From an uncultured Thermoplasmatales archaeon (GTDB taxonomy: Archaea; Thermoplasmatota; E2; DHVEG-1), in NCBI GenBank assembly GCA_964638175.1, contig CAZWZY010000004.1, positions 12,926-76,925 of the forward strand: a stretch of DNA of 64,000 bases, read 5' to 3'. The notes under the pieces are model-generated. The model was not told where the DNA came from and made no database searches. It worked only from the letters and a program-made list of their open reading frames with translations. Below are positions 49,450 to 57,424 of the stretch, piece after piece. Within the stretch, counting starts at the first letter, position 1. Every line of letters begins with the position of its first letter. Made by a program: the position numbers and the translations under genes.

Positions 49450-50061
49450 TTATTTTATGGTCGGTTTGCCAATAGGTAGAACAACTTTTCCATAGGTTTC
49501 ATTGATGACTTCAGCCATTGCTAAATAGATGGCGCTGAGACCACAGATAATTCCCTCGTAACCAGCAATCGTGGTAATGGTTGGATTGTTGGTAAAGTCA
49601 CCTAACGCAAGCAGCCAGAACAAAATTGTCAACGACAGGAAGACAAATTGTAGTGCTTTGTTTTTCTTTAACGTGGAGATAAACATCATAAAGGTGAACA
49701 GTCCCCACATAAACAAATAGGCACCCTTTGCTTGCAATCCTGGCGTAGTTATTCCTGGAATGAGGTTGGGCAATACAACTAAACCAACAAAACTTAGCCA
49801 AAATAACCCATAGGAGCAAAAGGCGGTGACTCCAAAAGTGTTTCCTTTTCGATATTCAAGAATTCCTGCAATGATTTGTGCCAAGCCGCCGTAAAAGATC
49901 CCCATGGCAAGAATCATCGATCCTAGTGCAAAAAACCCAGCGTTATGAATATTCAACAGCACCGTTGTCATACCGAAACCCATAAGACCAAGCGGTGCTG
50001 GATTTGCTAATAGTTCTTTTTCAGCCATAACCTTATCACGAGGGGGCTGAATAAACATCAT
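49450..50061 (-). CDS. GPR1/FUN34/YaaH-family acetate (succinate) channel
   Basis: The 203-aa product has the [18 protein letters not shown] signature (N-P-[AV]-P-[LF]-G-L-x-[GSA]-F) and 6 TM helices. Confidence 0.75.
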   Translation of the reverse strand: MMFIQPPRDKVMAEKELLANPAPLGLMGFGMTTVLLNIHNAGFFALGSMILAMGIFYGGLAQIIAGILEYRKGNTFGVTAFCSYGLFWLSFVGLVVLPNLIPGITTPGLQAKGAYLFMWGLFTFMMFISTLKKNKALQFVFLSLTILFWLLALGDFTNNPTITTIAGYEGIICGLSAIYLAMAEVINETYGKVVLPIGKPTIK

Positions 50062-50198
50062 CTTTAAAAATCTATCGAGAAAATCAACATTCTACTGTGA
50101 AAACATAACCACAAATCCGGTGAGAAGCATGGCGACAACGATGAAAATCACCAGTAGTTTTACCAGCCACTGTTTGAGCGTCGATTTCTTTATCTTTT

Positions 50199-52934
50199 TC
50201 ATGTTTTTCTCTCCAAGGAAACGTAGATGCCATCGAAGTGCAACATCGTAGTATTTTTTTCTCCTTTAATGCCCGTAGTTTTGGTCACTTGAAGATATCC
50301 CTTGGTAATGAGTTGCTCCTTGTGGTCTAAGGAACTTTTTGCAGGAGGAATATCAGCCCAAGTAATATCGCCCTGTTTCTGAACTTTTGCAATTAACGCT
50401 TCTTGGTTCTTTGCTATCCATGAGGTAATTGCTTTACTGTCTTTCTTAAATAAGGGACCAATTTTTGCGTGTACTGGACGTACTTCCTGAATGGTTACTT
50501 CGATGGTTGGTTTTCCTGCAATAAAGGCATGATCGTCAGGATACTTTAAGGTGGATTTGATGATGTCTGCACTGGGCTGTAACTGCTTAATAATAGCAGC
50601 AGGCGCATAGGTCGCAGAGGAAGATAGTGGTGCATTGAGGGCGATGCCTTGTTCGCTTTTCCAGGATCGAACCTGTGCAATGTAGGTTTTCACGAGTTCT
50701 CCTGCGCGTTCCTTTTTCTCATCAATCATTACAAGCTCTGGCCACGAGGAAATATGGATACTTTCATCGTGTTCAGCGTTCTTGTAATGAAGGTGATACA
50801 ATTCTTCAGCAATATGGGGGAAAAACGGTGCAAACAACTTGAGGATGCCCAGCCCAATAGTGTAAAGTGTATAGGAAATACTTTCCACGTTTTTGTGTTG
50901 TTTCAACGGTTCTTTCACCATCTCCAGATAATGATCAGCTAGTTCATGCCAAAGAAAATATTCGATATCCTTCATGGTTTGCGAATAATCAAATCGATCC
51001 ATTTGTTCAGTGCATTTCTTTACGAGTTTGCTATATTTTGAGATAATCCAGAGGTCGATGTCTTGTAACACTGGTTTTGACAGTTTTTTTTCCTTGAGAA
51101 TCATACTGATGAACTGTTCGACATTCCACAATTTTCTCAGCAGACGTATACCACGAATCACATCTTTTGTTCGGAAGGGGTTGTCCTCGCCAAGTGCACA
51201 GCTTGCCGCGTAGCAACGGAATGCATCAGAACCGTACTCGTGAATGACTTCTAAGGGGTCAATGACATTTCCCAAACTGGCATGCATAGGGGTGCCATCT
51301 TCTGAGAGGATGAAACCGCCCATCATGATATTTTCAAAGGGCTTTTCATCAGTAAGAAGCGTACATCGTAAGATAGTATAGAACGCCCAGGTACGAATGA
51401 TGTCATGCGCCTGTGGACGCAGCGACATGGGATATAACTGTTTGAATTGTTTCTCATCTCGATGCCAGAATGTATTGTACAGCGGAGAAATAGAGGAATC
51501 CATCCAGGTATCAAACACATCTTCGCATCCTTTGAGGTTCCCGCCGCATTTCGGACAGGAATCAACGGGTGGCTTGTCGATGGTAGGATCGATATAGCAA
51601 TCCTCTGGTCGGGCAATCACTACTTCATGACATTGTTCACATTCCCAAAGAGGAATGGGGGTGGCAAAGTATCGTTGTCGTGAAATAACCCAATCCCACT
51701 CCAGACTATTGACCCAGTCTTCCAGTCTGATCTTCATAAACTCTGGATACCAGTTCATCTCATTGCTTGTCTTGAGTACGAGGTCTTTAAACTCAGTTGT
51801 TTTCAAAAACCACTGTTCTGCATTGACAAATTCAACCGGCGTTTTGCACCGCCAACAGACTCCTACATTTTGCTCAAGCGGTTCTTGCTTGATGAGCAGG
51901 CCTTCTGCTTGCATATCTTTGATTATTTCCTTACGTGCCTCACCAAGGGGCTTTCCTTGATATTTTCCACAGATGGCAGTCATATGCCCTTCTTCGTCAA
52001 TACTCATTTCAATGGGAAGTTTGTATTTGAATACCCAGTTCAAGTCTTCTTTGTCACCAACGGTGCAAATCATGACAATACCAGAGCCAAACTCAGGATC
52101 GACAGCGTCATCTTCAACAATCTTTACTTCTTTGTCAAATACAGGGACCAGTAATACGCTATCAATCAGCCATGGTGCGCGTTCGTCAGTGGGGTGAACC
52201 GCAACAATTTGGCATGAGGGTAGCATCTCCGGCCTCGTGGTGGCAATTTCCACATAGGTGCCCTTGTCGTCTTTGCCGATACCATGGTACTTCAACAGTT
52301 GTTTTGACGGTTCTTTTTTAAAATAAAATTTAATGGTGTTGAGTTTTGTTGTCCGATCGGTATACGTTACCTCAGCATCAGCCATAGCAGTCATACAGCG
52401 CGGGCACCAATTGACGGGAAATTCCCCTTTATAGATCAATCCTTTATTGAATAATTCAATAAACGAGATTTGGGTGAGACGACGATAATATTCGGCATTG
52501 GTTTGGTAGTAGATGCTGGGATCCATACTTTCCCCAAGAATAATGAATTGCTCCGTCATGGTCTTGATATTTTTTTCTGCAAACTCCGAGCACAGTTTGG
52601 TAAATTTATGACGGTCGATATCCTTGCGGGTGATGCCTAACTGTCGTTCGACTCGTTCTTCAATGGGAATGCCGTTGACATCAAAACACAGAGGAAAAAA
52701 GACATTGTATCCTTGCATCCGCTTATAGCGGGCAGCAAAATCAATGTGGGTATAATGCACCGCGTGTCCAGCATGCAACGGGCCTGATGCATATCGTGGA
52801 GGAACATCAATGCTATAGGATTCTTTTTTACTTTTTTGGTCAAAATGGTAAATTTTTGATTGTTGCCATTGTTGTTGCCATTTTTTCTCTAGTGCTTGCT
52901 GATCATATGAAACCATAGATTGTTTCTCCACCAA
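50199..52934 (-). CDS. valS: Class I aminoacyl-tRNA synthetase, most likely valine--tRNA ligase
   Basis: The 911-aa product has PPRYASGPLHAGHA (HIGH region), a CP1 editing-domain-sized insertion, C4 zinc-like Cys pairs and a KMSKS-like region. Size and arrangement fit archaeal ValRS better than IleRS or LeuRS. Confidence 0.65.
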   Translation of the reverse strand: MVEKQSMVSYDQQALEKKWQQQWQQSKIYHFDQKSKKESYSIDVPPRYASGPLHAGHAVHYTHIDFAARYKRMQGYNVFFPLCFDVNGIPIEERVERQLGITRKDIDRHKFTKLCSEFAEKNIKTMTEQFIILGESMDPSIYYQTNAEYYRRLTQISFIELFNKGLIYKGEFPVNWCPRCMTAMADAEVTYTDRTTKLNTIKFYFKKEPSKQLLKYHGIGKDDKGTYVEIATTRPEMLPSCQIVAVHPTDERAPWLIDSVLLVPVFDKEVKIVEDDAVDPEFGSGIVMICTVGDKEDLNWVFKYKLPIEMSIDEEGHMTAICGKYQGKPLGEARKEIIKDMQAEGLLIKQEPLEQNVGVCWRCKTPVEFVNAEQWFLKTTEFKDLVLKTSNEMNWYPEFMKIRLEDWVNSLEWDWVISRQRYFATPIPLWECEQCHEVVIARPEDCYIDPTIDKPPVDSCPKCGGNLKGCEDVFDTWMDSSISPLYNTFWHRDEKQFKQLYPMSLRPQAHDIIRTWAFYTILRCTLLTDEKPFENIMMGGFILSEDGTPMHASLGNVIDPLEVIHEYGSDAFRCYAASCALGEDNPFRTKDVIRGIRLLRKLWNVEQFISMILKEKKLSKPVLQDIDLWIISKYSKLVKKCTEQMDRFDYSQTMKDIEYFLWHELADHYLEMVKEPLKQHKNVESISYTLYTIGLGILKLFAPFFPHIAEELYHLHYKNAEHDESIHISSWPELVMIDEKKERAGELVKTYIAQVRSWKSEQGIALNAPLSSSATYAPAAIIKQLQPSADIIKSTLKYPDDHAFIAGKPTIEVTIQEVRPVHAKIGPLFKKDSKAITSWIAKNQEALIAKVQKQGDITWADIPPAKSSLDHKEQLITKGYLQVTKTTGIKGEKNTTMLHFDGIYVSLERKT

Positions 52935-53019
52935 GGTTCAATGTAATCCTGTAGTGGTCAAAGAATTTTTCCTTATAAAGATTGAGGTTCTCTCAATTAC
53001 AACTACCAACATGTGATAT

Positions 53020-54096
53020 TTATGAACGGAACGGAAAACGTATCGTTCTTGTTTTCTCCCATTTCAACCATGTTGCAGATTTGTTAATCTCAATATCTTC
53101 TGGCGAAGGGGTTATCTCGTGCCAATGATGATAGTTCCACCCCAGATATTCAGACGAGCCGCCGCCGACAGAAAAGATAAAGAGGTTGTTGTTATCAGAT
53201 CCAAAGTTTGTATATTTAAACAGTTTTGTATAGTCATCATAGGTCACATCAATAGGTACCCACCCATAGGAGGGAAGATAAATCTCGGCAATTCTATGAT
53301 AGACCCGATCCACATATGGGGGCTCTGTTTTACAAATGGTCCCTCCTTTATATCTGGCAGGGATGTCAGCAGCACGGCACAGGGCAATGTATGCAGAACA
53401 ATATTCTGAACACGATCCATTGCCTCGTTTGAGTACGGTTGGAGCATCATCCCAAACATCATCTAACACATACTCTAAGTGACTAATGACATAATTGTGT
53501 AGCTTTTTTGCCTGACGTAACAGATTACGTTCTTTTCCAATAACTTCCTGAACAATATTTTGAATATACGGGTCGTTGATTTTATAGAATTCGTCATCAG
53601 CCGTATATTGTTCAATAATTTCTTGAGGTATTTCCCCCCGTACCCTCCAAGGAAGAAGGATATATTGCACGGCATAGAGCGTAGCATTGAGATTCCAAGA
53701 TAATGTTATGGTTTCATTGGGAGCTAATGTGTGATTATAATATGCAGCAACTTGTCCCCACCTGTCTGTTTTGAACCCTTGAGGTGCTGGGGAATAGTCA
53801 ATTTCGCCATGAATCTCTTGATTATACAGGGTCGGTGGTTGAGCAAGATAGGTAGTGACATTTTTGGTGGCTGTTCCGTTATTGGTAATGTGTTCTGTAA
53901 ATTGAATGGTAACTTCTCGAGCATCCCATCGAAAACATAAGGGAATCTTCTCTCTGCTGAAAAGACGATGGCTGTTGCATTGCTCTGTTAGTGACGATTG
54001 AGAAGATACAGAGGGAATCATGCTGACAATAAGTAACAAGATGATTCCAACGACCACTATTTTAGCAATAATTGTCTTTTTTTCCATCTGAATCAC
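53020..54096 (-). CDS. Secreted transglutaminase-like cysteine protease-fold protein
   Basis: The 358-aa product has an N-terminal signal/TM (IVVVGIILLLIVSMIPSVSSQ). A transglutaminase-core motif follows (NGSCSEYCSAYIALCRAADIPARY), with downstream His and Asp residues. Confidence 0.7.
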   Translation of the reverse strand: MIQMEKKTIIAKIVVVGIILLLIVSMIPSVSSQSSLTEQCNSHRLFSREKIPLCFRWDAREVTIQFTEHITNNGTATKNVTTYLAQPPTLYNQEIHGEIDYSPAPQGFKTDRWGQVAAYYNHTLAPNETITLSWNLNATLYAVQYILLPWRVRGEIPQEIIEQYTADDEFYKINDPYIQNIVQEVIGKERNLLRQAKKLHNYVISHLEYVLDDVWDDAPTVLKRGNGSCSEYCSAYIALCRAADIPARYKGGTICKTEPPYVDRVYHRIAEIYLPSYGWVPIDVTYDDYTKLFKYTNFGSDNNNLFIFSVGGGSSEYLGWNYHHWHEITPSPEDIEINKSATWLKWEKTRTIRFPFRS

Positions 54097-54193
54097 TACT
54101 AAATATTACGGTTCCATGTATATAATTATTTTTATCTATCCTCATTTATTTGGAAACAAATGATAAAAAACCCCTGTTCAAACAGGATTTTTA

Positions 54194-54586
54194 TTAATCT
54201 TCAATTAGTGATTTTAAGGAGGTGAGGTCTTTTTTAATGGCATCAACTTCTTTTAACTTCTCCTGTTCGAAGCTTTTGATAATCTTGGGGAGTGGTGCTT
54301 TTAGTGAATAGAGGTGAACGGGACGGCCTTTCCCCTTCTTTTTTAAGTCCCGTTTTTCAACCCATCCTTTATCCTGAAGATGTTGCATCGCAATACTTAC
54401 TTCAGGCTGCCGTAAATTGGCACCTCGCTCAATTTCAGCAGAACGACACTCATCAACATGAGAGATATACAGGAGGGTTTTCGCTAAGTTCTTGGGCATT
54501 CCTAAGTCTGTAAACACATGAACGATTCGCTCATCTTGAGATTGTAATTTGTAGGATGCTTTTTTTGTCATATTTTCATCCTTCAA
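54194..54586 (-). CDS. Winged-helix transcription regulator (TrmB/MarR-like)
   Basis: The 130-aa product has an HTH in TLLYISHVDECRSAEIERGANLRQPEVSIAMQHLQDKGWV and a K/G-rich wing. Confidence 0.5.
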   Translation of the reverse strand: MKDENMTKKASYKLQSQDERIVHVFTDLGMPKNLAKTLLYISHVDECRSAEIERGANLRQPEVSIAMQHLQDKGWVEKRDLKKKGKGRPVHLYSLKAPLPKIIKSFEQEKLKEVDAIKKDLTSLKSLIED

Positions 54587-54640
54587 TATTATAATTATAA
54601 AAGTATAATATATGGGCAGTTTATAAATTTTTTGCGCCTT

Positions 54641-55306
54641 TCATCCCAAAAATCCTAATGCTTCTTCTATTCTCCCCATTTCAATACCCGTGGTACGATT
54701 GCCAATAATGGCCCCTTTGGTATTTGCTACGAGCCCACTTCCGATAAGTGGCGCTCCATGATTGACGGTACCAATCATAACATTTACTTGAAATACATCG
54801 CTCAATAGTCTTTTTTCTTCGTCAGTGACCTTGGGATGACACAAACATCCTTTATTGGTGACGACGGCTGCCATGCCAACGGTTTTGAGGGTGCCAATGG
54901 TTCCTTTATAGACAGGCACATCACAAGTCTGTTTGATATCATCGAGTGTTTTTTTGCTCAGATCAGGATGTGCAAGTGCTCCATAGTCATTCATCAACAC
55001 ATCGTTACCAGCAGCATTGTAGATGTCTTCAACCACGCATACCTTTAATCCTTGGTCTTTGATCATCTGTAAACTGTTGTCATCGATAAAATCGGTTACG
55101 ATTGCCCCCCTTGAATTAACACTTAGTAGTGATCCAATAATACTTGCATCTGCAATGCTGAGCTCAACTAGTTCGACACCCAATGCAGCAACAATTTTCT
55201 TCTTAATCTTTTTTAAAAGCTGAGTCCGTACAAACGCAAGGTCGTCATTTGCACGACAAAATACGCCAACATTTGGATTTTCATTGAAATCCAACAGCTC
55301 AAGCAT
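54641..55306 (-). CDS. eif6: Translation initiation factor 6 (aIF6)
   Basis: The 221-aa product begins MLELLDFNENPNVGVFCRANDDLAFV and shows the pentameric repeat structure typical of eIF6. Confidence 0.85.
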   Translation of the reverse strand: MLELLDFNENPNVGVFCRANDDLAFVRTQLLKKIKKKIVAALGVELVELSIADASIIGSLLSVNSRGAIVTDFIDDNSLQMIKDQGLKVCVVEDIYNAAGNDVLMNDYGALAHPDLSKKTLDDIKQTCDVPVYKGTIGTLKTVGMAAVVTNKGCLCHPKVTDEEKRLLSDVFQVNVMIGTVNHGAPLIGSGLVANTKGAIIGNRTTGIEMGRIEEALGFLG

Positions 55307-55309
55307 AGA

Positions 55310-55960
55310 CTAGTCACTTTTCTTTTTGGTGGCTGTTTTCTTTTTCCTACTTGATGTCTTTTTTGTTGTTTTCTTCGCTGGTTTTTTCTTTTTCGTTTTT
55401 GTAGATGTAGTCTTTTTTTCTGGTTTTTTCTTTGCCCCAGTCTTTTTTGTAGGAGGTTTCGGTTGTTTTTCTTCTTTCTCTTTTGTCGGTTTTTCTGCAG
55501 GCTCTTCTTTTTTCTCTTTTGGTGCTTTCTTTTTCTTGATTTTTACGTCACCATCTGCAGTAGGCGCAATTTCGTAGTCTCCGGTACCTGCTTCCTCACC
55601 CGACCCTGCTGGTTCTTCCTCTTCTTCTCTGCGGAGAATGGGTGCTTTCTTCCCCTTTTCTTCCTTCAACAGTTCCCGTCGAGATTTGGTAAATCCCGTT
55701 TCAGGTAGATATGCTTCGACGACACCATCATCGAATTTCACTGCTTTTATCCTTATTTTGCTCGGAATGTGGTATTTTCCTTTTGACCACAATGCGTTAT
55801 TGAGTGAGTCATCAATCCAAATATCCTTTTCTACAACCTTCATGTGTCTTGTTAAGTACTGCTTAACACGTTTCACTGCGGTTGGTGCTGCTGTCGAGGA
55901 TTTCACCCCGATCTTCTTTAACGGAACGATATAAATACGTTCGATTTCTTCTGCCATAGT
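55310..55960 (-). CDS. rpl31e: 50S ribosomal protein L31e with a ~120-aa C-terminal Lys/Pro/Glu/Thr-rich low-complexity tail
   Basis: The L31e core (ERIYIVPLKKIGVKSSTAAPTAVKRVKQYLTRHMKVVEKDIWIDDSLNNALWSKGKYHIPSKIRIKAVKFDDG) is followed by KKKKAPKEKKEEPAEKPTKEKEEKQPKPPTKKTGAKKKPEKKTTSTKTKKKKPAKK.... The ORF track starts at a TTG at 55966. An ATG start (MTMAEE) lies about 6 nt downstream. Confidence 0.8.
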   Translation of the reverse strand, partial: TMAEEIERIYIVPLKKIGVKSSTAAPTAVKRVKQYLTRHMKVVEKDIWIDDSLNNALWSKGKYHIPSKIRIKAVKFDDGVVEAYLPETGFTKSRRELLKEEKGKKAPILRREEEEEPAGSGEEAGTGDYEIAPTADGDVKIKKKKAPKEKKEEPAEKPTKEKEEKQPKPPTKKTGAKKKPEKKTTSTKTKKKKPAKKTTKKTSSRKKKTATKKKSD

Positions 55961-55962
55961 CA

Positions 55963-56121
55963 TCAAGCTTTCTTCAGATTATTTCTTCGCCAGTGGCGGG
56001 TTTTTGGATGACGAGTAAACCGTCTATTGGTTCGAATCATAATCCAGGCGGGAACTCGTCGGTTGCTCTTCGTTGCTTTGTTTAGTCGAATTTTTTTACC
56101 AAGTGATTTATGGGTTGACAT
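55963..56121 (-). CDS. rpl39e: 50S ribosomal protein L39e (not in the ORF track because under 60 aa)
   Basis: Minus-strand translation gives [52 protein letters not shown] (52 aa). This matches the L39e consensus (KKxRLxKAxKQNRxVPxWxxxKTxRxxxxxxxRRHWRR). Its stop overlaps the L31e start region. Coordinates are within a few nt. Confidence 0.8.
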   Translation of the reverse strand: MSTHKSLGKKIRLNKATKSNRRVPAWIMIRTNRRFTRHPKTRHWRRNNLKKA

Positions 56122-56126
56122 AGGAT

Positions 56127-56480
56127 CTACCTTCTTTTTATCGAGATATCTCGTTTTTTTGGCATAATCTTTTTGAGCAGCATCCGTAACTGCTCATCAT
56201 TTATTTTACTTTGCAATTGACCCTGCTGAGCGGCAAGGATGAGTTGATGTTCAATATTTTCCGCGATCTCTGGTCGGGCAACCTTAATGCGCCCTAATCG
56301 TTCCCGTGCATCGTTGGTAAGGATGGCCCGCAAGATTTGTTTTTTTTGTTCTTCAAAGGCCTGTTGTTGTTTTTCCTGTTCTTCGAGCATCGATTCTTGG
56401 AATGCTTGCTGTTGTTGTAGCTCTTGGGCACGTTTTTTCCGTATCTTCTCTAACTCTTTATCCATAACTCTGAGAACCAT
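56127..56480 (-). CDS. PDCD5-like double-stranded DNA-binding protein (archaeal DNA-binding protein family)
   Basis: The 117-aa product is helical and Q/E/K-rich. It has a C-terminal [24 protein letters not shown] segment matching the dsDNA_bind/PDCD5 fold. The position next to S19e is conserved in archaea. Confidence 0.6.
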   Translation of the reverse strand: MVLRVMDKELEKIRKKRAQELQQQQAFQESMLEEQEKQQQAFEEQKKQILRAILTNDARERLGRIKVARPEIAENIEHQLILAAQQGQLQSKINDEQLRMLLKKIMPKKRDISIKRR

Positions 56481-56483
56481 ACA

Positions 56484-56936
56484 TTAATATTTTTTTAATT
56501 CAGGATGATATGATACTACCTCTTTGAGAACTTCATATGAGGCATTATCTAAAAAGGATCGACCTTTTGGAGTAAGTATTCTTCCTCGTCCTTTGACTTT
56601 GGTCACTAAACCTGCTTGTTCTAGTTGTTGGACGGCATGTCGAGTAATGGCACCACTGCCACTCCGTGCTTTATACGGCTTTGACCCGCGGTCACGTTTA
56701 CCACCATATTCTGCACGTAAACGTTCGATACCGATGCCGCTATTCATGTAAATCTTTCGTAGAATGGATGCGCAGCGCGTATGCCACCAGTGTTTATCTT
56801 CTGGTGGTTGCTCCTTTGTCACACCCGTTCTCAAATAACTTGCACCCTCTGGGGAAACAATGGTTTTATCTTGTTGCAGCTTTTTTGCAACGTTGTCGAT
56901 TAATTCTTTTGCGGGAACGTCATAGACTGTTGTCAT
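56484..56936 (-). CDS. rps19e: 30S ribosomal protein S19e
   Basis: The 150-aa product begins MTTVYDVPAKELIDNVAKKLQ and contains WWHTRCASILRKIY and GGKRDRGSKP segments. Confidence 0.85.
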   Translation of the reverse strand: MTTVYDVPAKELIDNVAKKLQQDKTIVSPEGASYLRTGVTKEQPPEDKHWWHTRCASILRKIYMNSGIGIERLRAEYGGKRDRGSKPYKARSGSGAITRHAVQQLEQAGLVTKVKGRGRILTPKGRSFLDNASYEVLKEVVSYHPELKKY

Positions 56937-56990
56937 AGCTTTATTGCTCCTGAGATAGCCCTAATGTGGGTAACGGTAATAACCGATAAG

Positions 56991-57335
56991 TTATTTAAGC
57001 CTAGCGGAGAGCGTTTCTTTCTGTTTTAGGGGAATACGAGTATATTTTTGGCAGCTGCAACAGTAGATAATCAGCCTCCCTCGATGAATTCGTATACGGG
57101 AGGACGTGTGAGGAAGAAGATAACAATAGCAATGCTTGCAAAATCTTCGTTTGTATTCTGCAGGAATGGGTACAAGATGGCGCATGGAAAGTTTTCGGGC
57201 TAGGGCAACATATCGATTTGCCAATGAGAGATTATGTGCTAGTGCATGATGTTCTGCTAATGAAAAGAGATGTGCAATACGTCTCCGAGCAATGGCCTGT
57301 TGTTGTTTCTTACTTTTTGACGGTTTGTTTCCCAT
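56991..57335 (-). CDS. rnp4: RNase P protein component 4 (Rpp21/Rnp4)
   Basis: The 114-aa product has the basic N-terminal helix IARRRIAHLFSLAE and a zinc ribbon (CKHCYCYL...CCSCQKYT). Confidence 0.75.
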   Translation of the reverse strand: MGNKPSKSKKQQQAIARRRIAHLFSLAEHHALAHNLSLANRYVALARKLSMRHLVPIPAEYKRRFCKHCYCYLLPHTSSRIRIHRGRLIIYCCSCQKYTRIPLKQKETLSARLK

Positions 57336-57424
57336 TTTTTATCAAATGCCTGTTAAATGCTTTGTTTCAACTTTATGCTTATATCATTTATATATGTTTT
57401 ATAAAATGAGAAAGAAAAGAACTC

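Noticed and set aside
50199-52934. Possible intein in the large aminoacyl-tRNA synthetase or in Elp3 (41538-43121)
   Set aside because: Both proteins have lengths typical for intein-free archaeal orthologues, and no Hint or HNH blocks were noticed. The only Hint domain is in the surface protein.
55326-55934. Several Phe/Cys-rich plus-strand ORFs (FFFLLDVFFVVFFAGFFFF...)
   Set aside because: They are antisense to the Lys (AAG/AAA)-rich tail of L31e. This is the mirror image of a low-complexity repeat, not coding.
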